This document shows, one piece after another, positions 17,648 through 26,681 of a DNA stretch of 64,000 nt. The stretch is taken from positions 1-64,000 of IMG/VR virus record IMGVR_UViG_3300048995_000011; one strand, given 5' to 3'. Below the pieces are notes generated by a model. That model was not told the DNA's origin. It made no database searches and worked only from the letters and a program-made list of their open reading frames with translations. Both the position numbers and the translations under genes were made by a program. Source of the DNA: a virus. Taxonomy: Duplodnaviria; Caudoviricetes. Position 1 is the first letter of the stretch. Each line of letters opens with the position of its first letter.

Positions 17648-20179
17648 TTAGGACGCCCACCGGGCCATCGCTACCCGAAGCTCCCCGAGTCGGTAGGACA
17701 TGCTTCGGTCTCCCCCGCTGGGGCGTTCCGCCTCGATCTGGATGTCCCGCAGCGCGGCTGCGACCCGCCTGGAACCGTCCGTGTTCGCCGGCCAGTCGAG
17801 TTCGTCGGCGGCGACACGGAGCACGATCGCAGACTTCAGGTACTCCCCGTCCTCCGGGATCTGGGGGGATTTGGCGAGCGCGTCGAGGAGCCGCACCGTG
17901 TCCTCCGAGGGGGACGGTTGGGGAGATGCGGGGGCACCAAGGTAGGTGCGGATCGCGGCCAGAATGTCCCGCTTCCACCACCCCTGCTGTCCCTCAAACT
18001 CGACCGTGCTCAGTCCCCACGGCGGGGACGACAGTTCCCGCTGGAGTCCCTCCGCGTCGTCCCGTTCAATGACCCGCGCAAGGAGGGGACAGGGGACAAA
18101 GTCGGGTGCGTTTTCGGCGCGGATTTTCCCGAACACCGCGGTCATGGTTTCCCCGAGTGTCCCGTACTTGCGGATCTGGTCCCGGGCGTGCGCCATCTGC
18201 GCCGCTCCCTGGTCCAGCAGTTCCTCAGCCGTCAGTCTCACCTGTCCCGTGTCCCCGGTGTCCCCGCGCTGCGGTTGCTCGGGGACGGTCCCAGCCACTT
18301 CTACGGTGACAGATTCCCCGGGGGGAAGCGAGGGGGGAGCCGGCCAGGTGACTCCGTAGGTGACGTGCGCGGCCCGCGCAAGTTCGGGGAGGTACTCCGG
18401 GGACCACCGCCGGTGGTAGGCGTCCCCCAGTTGGCTGGTCACGTACTCAGGGAGCCGCGGCTTGTTGCGTGTGTTGCGGGTCGCGACCGGTGCGATCAAC
18501 TCGTCCCCGTCGAGGTGGAACGCTTTCGCGGGAATTGCGCGGGGGGTTTCCACCGACGGCTGCACCAACTGCTCGTTGTTGGATAGCTGGGTGGTGTCGA
18601 CGTGGTCCATGCGGACGAGGGTTGAGGTGCCGTCGAAAGCGGTCTCGGTGCGCCCGGCGATGCGGACCGTGATGTTGCGTTTCACCTTGCTGCCGTGGGT
18701 GCCGAGTGCGTCCATCAGACCGAACTGGGTCAGCAGGTACAGCCCGTCACCTGCGGCGCGGAGTTCCCGCGCGCAGGCGTTGATGATCTGGGATGCGTTC
18801 CAGTCATGCCCGTCGAACGTCCTTGACTTGATCGATGAGTAGTCCTCCAGCAGCGCGGAGGCTTCCTCCAGGAAGAACATCACCGACGGATCGTCGGGGG
18901 TGGCGATGCGTTGCCCAGTGGCGCCGATCTGCTCGTTGTGGATGCACACCACGTGGTAGAACTCGGCCAGCAGGTCGGTGACGCGTTGCGCGTTCTGCCC
19001 GGCGATGGCGTCCACCACGGGTTCGTCGGTGTGTCCGAGCAGCCACGGTGCCAACCAGGGGATCGACAGGGGGGTGAGTTTCGATGTCGCCCCGAACCAC
19101 GGCACCGCGTTGTTGGTGCGCCCCACGCCGGCGATGATGTTGTTCGCCCACACCGTCTTCCCGCCGCCGGTGGTGGCGACGTGCACCACGGTTTTCCCGT
19201 ACAAGGTCAATTCGACGGGTTTCCCGTCCTCGTACACTCCGGGCACGATGGGTTTCAGGAACGACGAAATTGGCTGGTCAAACCGGTAGGGCAAGTCCTG
19301 CCCGAACACGTTCTTGGTGGATACGTGCAGGTAAAACATGTGTGCCGCACCGGACTCTTCGGCCCGGACATGGTGCGCGGCGAGCGCGATCCCCTGCAAC
19401 GCGTATTCGTGGGCGAGAATCGATGCGATCGAACCGCACGCGTCCTGCAGCTTCCCGAACTTGTACGGCGTGTCGGGGTTGTCGAGGATCGTCAACCGGA
19501 ACCCAGCGTCGGTTTCCTTCTTGTCGATGACCTTCATCCCTGGCACCCCGCCGCGGTCCATGAGCGGGGCGTATTCGGATGCGATCTTCTCCTGGTAGGC
19601 GGCGAGTTGCGACGCCGAATGCAGTGCCAGGTCCTCAGCCTTCGCCTCGCTGATATCAGCCTTCCGGCCAGGAGCCTTGGTGGTGATCATCCCGTAGAAC
19701 GCGCCCAACGCCGCACCGCCAACCACAAGCAAACCGAGGGCGTTGATGTGTACCAGCAGCCACCGCGACTCCGGCGGGCGGGATGCCGCGTACACCATCC
19801 ATGCGGTCGTGACCAGCCCCGCGCCCCACATAAACCAGGTCGCTTCCTTGGTGTGCTGCGCCCCGTATTCAATCTCGTTGTAGAACTTCCGCACCGTGAG
19901 CACGGCGGCGACGGTGGTGGCCGTGCCGGGGAGGATCATCAGCCACATGTTGAGGTGGGTCCAGTGCGCCAACCCGAGGACGGCGTACAACCACAGGACT
20001 GCGGCGAACGGGTGCAGCCACCGCGCGTCCGGATCCCACTCGCGTGCCGCATCGCCGACGGATCGCTTCACCCCAGGAATGGCAGGAGTGGTCGATGTTG
20101 TCGGTTGCACGCGACGGGGCGGACTCGCGCCACCAGATCTGGGTGGACCCGGCGGCCGGGACTTCAGGGGGGTTGTCAC
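17648..20179 (-). CDS. traB: FtsK/SpoIIIE-family conjugative DNA translocase (TraB-like)
   Basis: N-terminal TM helices, Walker A ATTGGGKT, Walker B FFLEEA, RAAG..L.LLTQ, probable C-terminal winged helix; GAGGAG RBS before GTG at 20179 (843 aa). Confidence 0.8.
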   Translation of the reverse strand: MTTPLKSRPPGPPRSGGASPPRRVQPTTSTTPAIPGVKRSVGDAAREWDPDARWLHPFAAVLWLYAVLGLAHWTHLNMWLMILPGTATTVAAVLTVRKFYNEIEYGAQHTKEATWFMWGAGLVTTAWMVYAASRPPESRWLLVHINALGLLVVGGAALGAFYGMITTKAPGRKADISEAKAEDLALHSASQLAAYQEKIASEYAPLMDRGGVPGMKVIDKKETDAGFRLTILDNPDTPYKFGKLQDACGSIASILAHEYALQGIALAAHHVRAEESGAAHMFYLHVSTKNVFGQDLPYRFDQPISSFLKPIVPGVYEDGKPVELTLYGKTVVHVATTGGGKTVWANNIIAGVGRTNNAVPWFGATSKLTPLSIPWLAPWLLGHTDEPVVDAIAGQNAQRVTDLLAEFYHVVCIHNEQIGATGQRIATPDDPSVMFFLEEASALLEDYSSIKSRTFDGHDWNASQIINACARELRAAGDGLYLLTQFGLMDALGTHGSKVKRNITVRIAGRTETAFDGTSTLVRMDHVDTTQLSNNEQLVQPSVETPRAIPAKAFHLDGDELIAPVATRNTRNKPRLPEYVTSQLGDAYHRRWSPEYLPELARAAHVTYGVTWPAPPSLPPGESVTVEVAGTVPEQPQRGDTGDTGQVRLTAEELLDQGAAQMAHARDQIRKYGTLGETMTAVFGKIRAENAPDFVPCPLLARVIERDDAEGLQRELSSPPWGLSTVEFEGQQGWWKRDILAAIRTYLGAPASPQPSPSEDTVRLLDALAKSPQIPEDGEYLKSAIVLRVAADELDWPANTDGSRRVAAALRDIQIEAERPSGGDRSMSYRLGELRVAMARWAS

Positions 20180-20241
20180 TGCTGCTCTCCTCGGAATGAT
20201 TCCGCCCCGCACCCCAACCGGGGTGCGGGGCGGCCGGCTGG

Positions 20242-21732
20242 TTAGCCGAGCGGGTTCTGGCCGACGTCCCACGCCTTGTCGAGCGGGGACTGCCGGGCAA
20301 GCTTCTCGATCTCGTCCTCGTGCTTGCGGTGCCAGATCTGCCCGGTCTCCCCGACTTCGTCCGCGATGCGTTTCTCCGCCGCACCGAGAGACTGCAATGC
20401 AGCCCCGAACGCTGGGTCCACCCGCACTGATTCGGGGATCTTCTCCGCCGCCGACTGCCAGATCGCCGCGTGCTGCTCGGCGTGGTTCGACGCCCCCGCC
20501 ACGAAGTCCATGACGGACGTGGCGTTCTCGTAGTCCTTGTTCTTGATGCTGGCCATCGCTTCGTTGACCGGCTCGAACGGATCGGCCATGTTCGGTGTTC
20601 CTTTCGGTGTCCCCGTGGTTGCCCCGTTGCGGCGTGCAGCGGGGGGTTCTGGTGATGGACCAACCCGGTCCGGTCTCGGTTTCAACCGTTCCCGTACAGG
20701 TGGCGTGCGGCGGGACGCGTCGGCGGCTTCCAGCCCTTCCTTCGTCGCTGCCCGCGTGTCTTTTCTGGTGCCGCGGTTCCGGCGGGCGTCTCGGGCACGC
20801 TCCCTTGCCTTGCGGCTGATGCGGGTCAGCGCGGATAGCTTCCGGCCGCCAGCGCCACTGCGTTGCGACTTGCCACGGAACAAGCCCCCATCGGACCGGC
20901 CACTGCTGCGGTGGCCCGTTCCACCGCCGAACAACTTCCCCCAGCCGCGTCCCCGAGTGCGGCTTCCCGACCCGGTGGAGCGTCCCCGAGACGCCCCGCT
21001 GCCGCGGCCCTTGCCGAACGTCGACCCAAGTCGCCCGGCTCCCCGGCCCCCCGTGGTCCTGCCGGCGCCCAATCGTCGACGTCCCGACCCAGCCGCACCA
21101 CTGGACCGCCCTTTCGTTGTGCCCCGGCCACCCAGCGGCGAACCCGTGCCGCGACCACGGCCGGACTTCAACAGGCCAGAACCACGCCCCGACTTTTTCC
21201 CCGTGGGTGCTCCACCGGTGCGGGACGCGCCACCGGAACGGGACTTGCCGAGCAGTCCCCGTCGACCCGCTGAACCCGCACCTGGCCGGGAGTCTGCGCT
21301 GCGGCCGTTCCCGAGGAGTCCCTTACCTCCGCCTGCGCTGCGGCCGCGGCCTAGTAGAGCACCGGACCTGCTGCCGCCGCTTGATCCCCGGCGGGCACCC
21401 TTGCCGAGCAGCCCTCCGCCTCCGCTGCGGGAACCGCCGCCGCGGCTACCGACCCTGCTGCCTGTTGGGCGATGTCCACCGCCAGCGCCGAGGCGTGGAC
21501 GACTGGATCGGTTCAACCCGACGCGCGCCGCCACGCTGGGAGCGAACCGACGCAGCGCCATTACACCCCCAGCGCTGGCTGCGGTCACCCCGGTAGCGAC
21601 TGCCAACCCGACAGGACCGAACGCTCCGCCGAGGGTCTCGGCCATCACCACCGCAGTGGGGGCGGCAGCAGTAACAGCGGCCCGCGCGGTCTTGCGGTCT
21701 TCGGTGGCCGTGTCGTCGTTGTCGGGCATCAC
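20242..21732 (-). CDS. membrane-anchored Gly/Arg/Ser-rich protein with a helical C-terminal domain (transfer/spread-associated)
   Basis: hydrophobic N-terminal segment, long low-complexity basic linker, internal RBS+ATG at 20589. Confidence 0.7.
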   Translation of the reverse strand: MMPDNDDTATEDRKTARAAVTAAAPTAVVMAETLGGAFGPVGLAVATGVTAASAGGVMALRRFAPSVAARVGLNRSSRPRLGAGGGHRPTGSRVGSRGGGSRSGGGGLLGKGARRGSSGGSRSGALLGRGRSAGGGKGLLGNGRSADSRPGAGSAGRRGLLGKSRSGGASRTGGAPTGKKSGRGSGLLKSGRGRGTGSPLGGRGTTKGRSSGAAGSGRRRLGAGRTTGGRGAGRLGSTFGKGRGSGASRGRSTGSGSRTRGRGWGKLFGGGTGHRSSGRSDGGLFRGKSQRSGAGGRKLSALTRISRKARERARDARRNRGTRKDTRAATKEGLEAADASRRTPPVRERLKPRPDRVGPSPEPPAARRNGATTGTPKGTPNMADPFEPVNEAMASIKNKDYENATSVMDFVAGASNHAEQHAAIWQSAAEKIPESVRVDPAFGAALQSLGAAEKRIADEVGETGQIWHRKHEDEIEKLARQSPLDKAWDVGQNPLG

Positions 21733-21769
21733 TGCCTCCCCTCTCGATCAGTCGCTGGGTTTGGTGTGG

Positions 21770-22075
21770 TCAGTAGCGCTGCGGGTAGCCGTTTCTGGCC
21801 GGGTAGGTCGGCTGCCCATGGGGCACCAGGTGCCGTGCGGTTTTCGTCTCCACCCACACGTTTTTCGAGTAGTATCCGAGCGCAGTGGCGGCGGCGAGGG
21901 CGACCTCTTCCAGCTTCTCCCGCAGCGCTTCCATGGTTTCCTCCCCGAACGGGAGGTCCCCCGCACTGTCGCGGGGGAGCACGTTCTCGAGGTGGTTGGC
22001 GAGCTCGTCCCAGTCGGCGGCGTGTTCAGCCCAGTAGTTCACTGCCTCGGTGGCGGTGTCGAGTTTCGGGATCAT
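21770..22075 (-). CDS. hypothetical protein in transfer operon
   Basis: AGGAAAGGA RBS; 101 aa. Confidence 0.65.
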   Translation of the reverse strand: MIPKLDTATEAVNYWAEHAADWDELANHLENVLPRDSAGDLPFGEETMEALREKLEEVALAAATALGYYSKNVWVETKTARHLVPHGQPTYPARNGYPQRY

Positions 22076-22091
22076 GACGTGAATTCCTTTC

Positions 22092-22280
22092 CTACTTGGC
22101 AATGCTGCGGACGAATGTGGCGATGGCAGTGATGCAGTCCTTGCCCCATCCGATGATGGTGTTGGCCAGGTCCGCGGCCTGGTCCCCGGCGGTGACGGGT
22201 TGGGTGACGATGTAGCTGATGAGGCCGACGACGAGGACTGCGGACACGAACCCTCGCAGTGTCAACAGGTTGCGGATCAT
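22092..22280 (-). CDS. small membrane protein (spread/pilin-like)
   Basis: 62 aa; hydrophobic helix FVSAVLVVGLISYIV. Confidence 0.6.
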   Translation of the reverse strand: MIRNLLTLRGFVSAVLVVGLISYIVTQPVTAGDQAADLANTIIGWGKDCITAIATFVRSIAK

Positions 22281-22282
22281 GT

Positions 22283-23512
22283 CTATGGTCTCCCTGGGTT
22301 GGTGGCTTCGGTGCACCATGTCTTGACGTGCTTCTTGCAGTAGCCCGCGGCCGCACCGATTGCCCGGTCGACTTCGGCGCCTTTGATGCTGTCGGCCGGG
22401 CGCCCGTTGGCGACTTGAGCCATGAACCACGCACGGCCCTGTTCCTTCAGCGATTTGGGCATGGAGGTGCGTTTCCCTGTCGTGGTTGCACGGCTCGTGC
22501 TGTTCCGCTTCGGCTGAGGCTTTGCGTGTTCGACTCGCTCAGGGACAGTAGGAGGTTCACCATCGGCGGCGGCACACGTCTGCGCTTCCGGCCAGAACCG
22601 CTCCAACACCTTCTCCACCGTGTTGATGGAGTCCCACCCGACCGGAAGTTCGATCACGTCGACCGTGGCCACAGCTGCCCCGCTGGCAGCTTCCCCAGCT
22701 AGTTCGGCTTCCTTCGACACGGACTCGTCCTCGCCGGGGTCGTCGGGCACTGCCAGGTGCTCGGTGGTGGGGGTGAAGATCCGGCCGAGTACGTCATCGG
22801 TGACGGCGACCGGGATGGTCGGGTTTCCGTGGCGACGGACGTAGGCCATCTGCCATGCCGTTTCCAGCGGCACCGCTGTACCGAACGTCGCCCGGATACG
22901 GCCGCACTCGCGCATCACCTTGAAGTGGCGTCGCCACCGCAGCGCCCACAGCTTGATCTCGTCGGCCGTCATGCCGGACTTCACGTGGCTGGTGCGGTGC
23001 ATGTACAGCTCCCACGCCCCGACACCCATCAACGAGGCCAACGCGTAGACGACACCCACCTTCACGTCGGTGCTGGAGCCGTGGGCGTAGTTGATTGCGG
23101 CGGCGAGGGCGGCGAACACGAACGTCACGGTGCGGTAGAGGCGCACGGGGGTGCCGTTGACGGAGTCGGCGTAGAGGAACGCACCCAACCAGCAGAGGCC
23201 CTCGATGAGGAGTGTGGCGACGATAGCCACAAGCGCTTCAGGGAACGTCCATTGGCCTCCGGTGAGCTGGTGCAGGAACCACTGCATCTGCGCGGGGACG
23301 GCGACCGCGACGGACAGGATGATGGCGGTGACGGTGGCGGCCAGGGCACGTCGACGGGCGAGTCCGGACAGCAGTTCGCGCCGTGACGTCCTGCGAGCGT
23401 CCCGTTTGGCGGTGCGGGCCTCGTCGCTGTCGGCGCGTAGGACACGCCTCTCCTCGATGCGTTCGAGGCGGCGGCGGTGCCTGCGCGTGGCGGAGGCCCT
23501 GGGTGTCTTCAC
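22283..23512 (-). CDS. multi-pass membrane protein, DUF2637/Spd-like plasmid transfer protein
   Basis: GTGA-coupled start; four TM helices with LIEGLCW and AAAINYAH motifs; soluble C-terminal tail. Confidence 0.65.
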   Translation of the reverse strand: MKTPRASATRRHRRRLERIEERRVLRADSDEARTAKRDARRTSRRELLSGLARRRALAATVTAIILSVAVAVPAQMQWFLHQLTGGQWTFPEALVAIVATLLIEGLCWLGAFLYADSVNGTPVRLYRTVTFVFAALAAAINYAHGSSTDVKVGVVYALASLMGVGAWELYMHRTSHVKSGMTADEIKLWALRWRRHFKVMRECGRIRATFGTAVPLETAWQMAYVRRHGNPTIPVAVTDDVLGRIFTPTTEHLAVPDDPGEDESVSKEAELAGEAASGAAVATVDVIELPVGWDSINTVEKVLERFWPEAQTCAAADGEPPTVPERVEHAKPQPKRNSTSRATTTGKRTSMPKSLKEQGRAWFMAQVANGRPADSIKGAEVDRAIGAAAGYCKKHVKTWCTEATNPGRP

Positions 23513-23772
23513 CGGGCTGGCTGCCTTTCCGACTGTCGAAGCTTGTCTTCGGCTCGGCGGGCGCGGGTGTGTCTGCCGTGGATCTCGGACCAGATGGCGT
23601 AGGCGCTGAGGGCGGCGAGGCTGGCGAGGCAGAGCACGAACCCGGCGGCGACGAGAAGGACACCCTTCACCAGCAGACCCTCGACTTGGGTGGCCAGGAG
23701 GGTCGTGGCGGCTGTTCCGCAGAGCGCGAGGAGGGCGGCGACGAGGTAGGGGCGGGGGTTGTCGTCGTTCAT
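23509..23772 (-). CDS. small two-TM membrane protein
   Basis: hydrophobic helices; coupled stop/start. Confidence 0.65.
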   Translation of the reverse strand: MNDDNPRPYLVAALLALCGTAATTLLATQVEGLLVKGVLLVAAGFVLCLASLAALSAYAIWSEIHGRHTRARRAEDKLRQSERQPAR

Positions 23773-24086
23773 CGGCTCTGCTCCTTGTCTGCACCGGTCT
23801 TCGCGTACTTCATGGCGTGGCGACCATCAAGAAATGCTCCGACGGCGTCGAGGCATTCACGAAGTGCGGAGCCCAGCGTGAACACGCTGAGGGCGAGCAG
23901 TGTCCAAGAGATGGCAACCCACAGGTCGGCGTCCGATCGACTGTCGTTCAGCGTTGTCAGTGCCATGGCAAGGCCGATGGATCCGATGGCGAAGTAGGCG
24001 AGGCTGGCGAAGGCGCTGCGAATCGCCTCTCTCGTAAAGAAGCGGTGAGCGCGTAGGGCTTCGCCTGCTCGGTTGTCGGCGTTCAC
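23769..24086 (-). CDS. two-TM membrane protein
   Basis: GTGA overlap; two hydrophobic helices. Confidence 0.65.
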   Translation of the reverse strand: MNADNRAGEALRAHRFFTREAIRSAFASLAYFAIGSIGLAMALTTLNDSRSDADLWVAISWTLLALSVFTLGSALRECLDAVGAFLDGRHAMKYAKTGADKEQSR

Positions 24087-24304
24087 TGCTGCTCCTGGGT
24101 GTCGCGGGCTTCTCGCGCCCATCGGCGGATGTTGCTGCGGGGGATGCCCGCTTCTCTGGCGATGGCCCGGGTGGACATGCCCTCATGAGTGGCGAGTTCG
24201 ACGACGATGGGTCCCGCTTGGGTTCGTGCTGTGGCCAGCCCCTTCAGTTGATCTAGGAGTTTTTGGGCGCGGTCACTCAATGCGGGGGGGTCGTCGCTCG
24301 CCAT
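24083..24304 (-). CDS. HTH regulator heading the transfer operon
   Basis: GMSTRAIAREAGIPRSNIRRW. Confidence 0.8.
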   Translation of the reverse strand: MASDDPPALSDRAQKLLDQLKGLATARTQAGPIVVELATHEGMSTRAIAREAGIPRSNIRRWAREARDTQEQQ

Positions 24305-24358
24305 GCGTCAATGAAAGCAGGGTGGGCCATTTTGGTCCACTGTCCACTAGCGAATCCC

Positions 24359-24378
24359 TATACACAATTTTGTGTATA
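24359..24378. promoter_or_regulatory. AT-rich palindrome, candidate operator
   Basis: TATACACAA-TT-TTGTGTATA perfect 9-bp inverted repeat. Confidence 0.6.
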
Positions 24379-24551
24379 AAACTGCCGTTGACCTGCAGTG
24401 GAAGATGGCCGAAAAAAGTTGCAGCAAGGTGCAGGTCTACCCACTGGCCGTGGGCTGGTGACGTACCGGGATCCGGTGTGGTTGAGCCACAACCAAGCGG
24501 GGACGGTCCACCATGGCGCCGCCATGAACAGCCAAAACCGTCGGACCCGGG

Positions 24552-24560
24552 TGATAGAAT
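24552..24560 (+). promoter_or_regulatory. extended -10 promoter element
   Basis: TG-A-TAGAAT upstream of the rightward operon starting at 24636. Confidence 0.4.
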
Positions 24561-24635
24561 GTGGAAATAGTCGGCCCCGTCCGACGGACCATCACGAACG
24601 TCGAACGGGGCCTTACCGCCAAGGAGGGCGGCACC

Positions 24636-24950
24636 ATGAATTCTACCGAACCAATCAACGAGATGGCCAAGGGCGACGCCGGATCACTCGCGCTTTGGCT
24701 CTACGTTGTGCTCTTCGAGCTGCACCCGTGTTACGGGAACACCAGCCGTCGAGGCAGGGGGATCGACGGCTCGACCATCACACAGCAGTGCAACGTCATC
24801 CGCCCTGAGGGTTGGGAGTCTGAGGCGGTCGAACGAGCCGAGTCCGCTATCCGCTCGTTCGCGCTGTCGAACCCGGGCCTCTGGGCGGATGCTCACGCGA
24901 TGATCGCTCACCTCCGTGCCTCTTTCGGTGGGGAGGCTGACGATGTCTGA
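24636..24950 (+). CDS. hypothetical protein
   Basis: AAGGAGG RBS. Confidence 0.6.
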   Translation: MNSTEPINEMAKGDAGSLALWLYVVLFELHPCYGNTSRRGRGIDGSTITQQCNVIRPEGWESEAVERAESAIRSFALSNPGLWADAHAMIAHLRASFGGEADDV

Positions 24951-25116
24951 TCTGGGTGCGACGGTCATGGCCTATCTGGTCGGGTTCTGCGCTCTGGTCG
25001 TTGGGGTTGGCCTTTCCACACAGGTCGACGCGTGGTTCATCCTGCTTGCCGTTGGTGGCGGGGTGTTGGTGATGTGCACCGTGTGCCGCATGTTCGGGAA
25101 GGGGCGTCATGTCTGA
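24943..25116 (+). CDS. small membrane protein
   Basis: two hydrophobic helices. Confidence 0.55.
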   Translation: MSDLGATVMAYLVGFCALVVGVGLSTQVDAWFILLAVGGGVLVMCTVCRMFGKGRHV

Positions 25117-25876
25117 AACCCCAGCAGAAGAACTCCAGGCATCGGCCGAAGCTGACGCGTCACCACCGCCACCCGACAGGAGAACCACCATGGCTGACCT
25201 TCCCTGCCCGCACAAGAACTTTGCCGCCAGCATCGCCGTCAACCGGATCGGTGAAACCGAAGACGGGCCCGCCGACGGCTACGTCGCCGACATCACCGTC
25301 CGCTGCACCGACTGCCACCAGCCATTTCACTGGATCGGGGCACCCGCCGGGCTGGACCCCGACAAGCCGTGCGTGAGCGCCGACAAGACCGAACTCCGCG
25401 CCCCGCTCCACGTCGGGCCGATCGCGGCGCGCCACCGCTCGGCGCGCACCTACCGCGCGGGGTCCATCGAGGTCCAGGCCATGCGGTGGGCGGGCGGCCC
25501 GGAGAGCGCCCGCCCCATCGTCAACTGGGCCCGCAGCGAGGGCGCGCGGGCCCGCTACGTCGGCGATCCGGAACGCCTGGAGGTGGACACCTCGGGGGGG
25601 ACGATGCGCATGCGGCAGGGATGGTGGCTGATCCAGGAGGCGGGCGAGTTCCGCCCCTGCGAGCCGGACATCTTCACCGCCATCTACGAGGCGGTCACCG
25701 CCGTGAAGCCCGACAGCGAGACCGAGTGGGGTTTCAGGCGGGCCACCGATCCGGAGTTCTACGTGCGGCAGTGCGCCGAGGAAGCAGCCCGCTCAGTGGT
25801 CGCCGATCCCGAGGGTGAGGACTGGGTCTTGGTCAGCCGTCGCAAGGCTGGCCCGTGGATCGAGGTGACCTCGTGA
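25109..25876 (+). CDS. two-domain hypothetical phage protein (Cys domain plus PGDYG-like domain)
   Basis: CPH...CTDC; EVQAMRW...GWWLIQEAGEFRPCEPDIF..YE; alternative start near 25190. Confidence 0.65.
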   Translation: MSETPAEELQASAEADASPPPPDRRTTMADLPCPHKNFAASIAVNRIGETEDGPADGYVADITVRCTDCHQPFHWIGAPAGLDPDKPCVSADKTELRAPLHVGPIAARHRSARTYRAGSIEVQAMRWAGGPESARPIVNWARSEGARARYVGDPERLEVDTSGGTMRMRQGWWLIQEAGEFRPCEPDIFTAIYEAVTAVKPDSETEWGFRRATDPEFYVRQCAEEAARSVVADPEGEDWVLVSRRKAGPWIEVTS

Positions 25877-26331
25877 CGCGCACCGTGGCCGTTGACTTCG
25901 ACGGCGTGATTCACCTGTACAGCCGTGGCTGGTTCGATGGCACGATCTACGACCCGCCTGTGCCCGGCACGATCGAAGCGCTCGCCGCGCTGCAGGCCGA
26001 CTACGCCGTCTTCGTCCACACGACCCGCCCTGCATTCGCCGTCGCCGAGTGGCTCGTCCGTCAAGGCGAGGGCCGCATCGAGTGCGTCACAGAGCACGAG
26101 CGCCCGCGCGCGGAGACCACCTGGCGCCTGACCGACTGGCCCGAGGAGGACCGCTGGACGGTCGTCGGCGACAGCACCCGCATCCGCAAGCAGCGCACCT
26201 TCTGGGACGACCAGACGAAGATCTTCGTCACCAACCGCAAGCTTCCGGCCGTGGCCTACATCGACGACCGAGGGATCCGCTTCGCCAACTGGAAGCAGGC
26301 CCTCAACGACCTCCGTGAGGTGACCTCGTGA
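25873..26331 (+). CDS. HAD-family phosphatase
   Basis: VAVDFDGVIH motif I; HTTR motif II; K..AVAYIDDR motifs III/IV. Confidence 0.85.
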   Translation: MTRTVAVDFDGVIHLYSRGWFDGTIYDPPVPGTIEALAALQADYAVFVHTTRPAFAVAEWLVRQGEGRIECVTEHERPRAETTWRLTDWPEEDRWTVVGDSTRIRKQRTFWDDQTKIFVTNRKLPAVAYIDDRGIRFANWKQALNDLREVTS

Positions 26332-26681
26332 CCGAGGACAACCGCATCACCGAAATTCGCGCCGTGCTCGACGGAGTCGACAACGCGCGCCGTAGCGAGT
26401 TCAGCGACCTGGTTGAGGCCCTTCGCCGAATCCGTGACCTCACCGCCGACAGCGCCCCGTCCGCGCCCCGGGTGTTCTTCCGGGGAGACTCGGTGCCCGC
26501 CGGAACGTATCTGCTGAACTGCGGCGGCGGCGTGATCATGCCGCCCGACGAGCCGTGGAAGGTGATCGGCGGGACGTACGTCGAGCTGCCCGTCATGACC
26601 CCAGAGGAGTGGCAGGCCGCAGTCGACCGGGCCACCTCGGCCCGCGCCATCCCCGAACCCACCGAAGGGCAGAACCCGTGA
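26328..26681 (+). CDS. hypothetical protein
   Basis: coupled stop/start. Confidence 0.6.
   Translation: MTEDNRITEIRAVLDGVDNARRSEFSDLVEALRRIRDLTADSAPSAPRVFFRGDSVPAGTYLLNCGGGVIMPPDEPWKVIGGTYVELPVMTPEEWQAAVDRATSARAIPEPTEGQNP

Noticed and set aside
17261-18586. Possible toxin gene downstream of the Phd-like protein
   Set aside because: The + strand ORFs here overlap traB antisense and show no Doc, RelE or VapC motifs.
17648-20179. Type VII secretion EccC or type IV coupling protein interpretation of the ATPase
   Set aside because: Single ATPase domain; no WXG100/Ecc, VirB4 or relaxase genes nearby. The TM-FtsK-wHTH layout fits TraB better.
20180-20272. Upstream extensions of the tracked ORFs for traB, 22283-23794 and several others
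   Set aside because: Extensions overlap neighbouring genes; internal starts with RBS or stop-start coupling were chosen instead.
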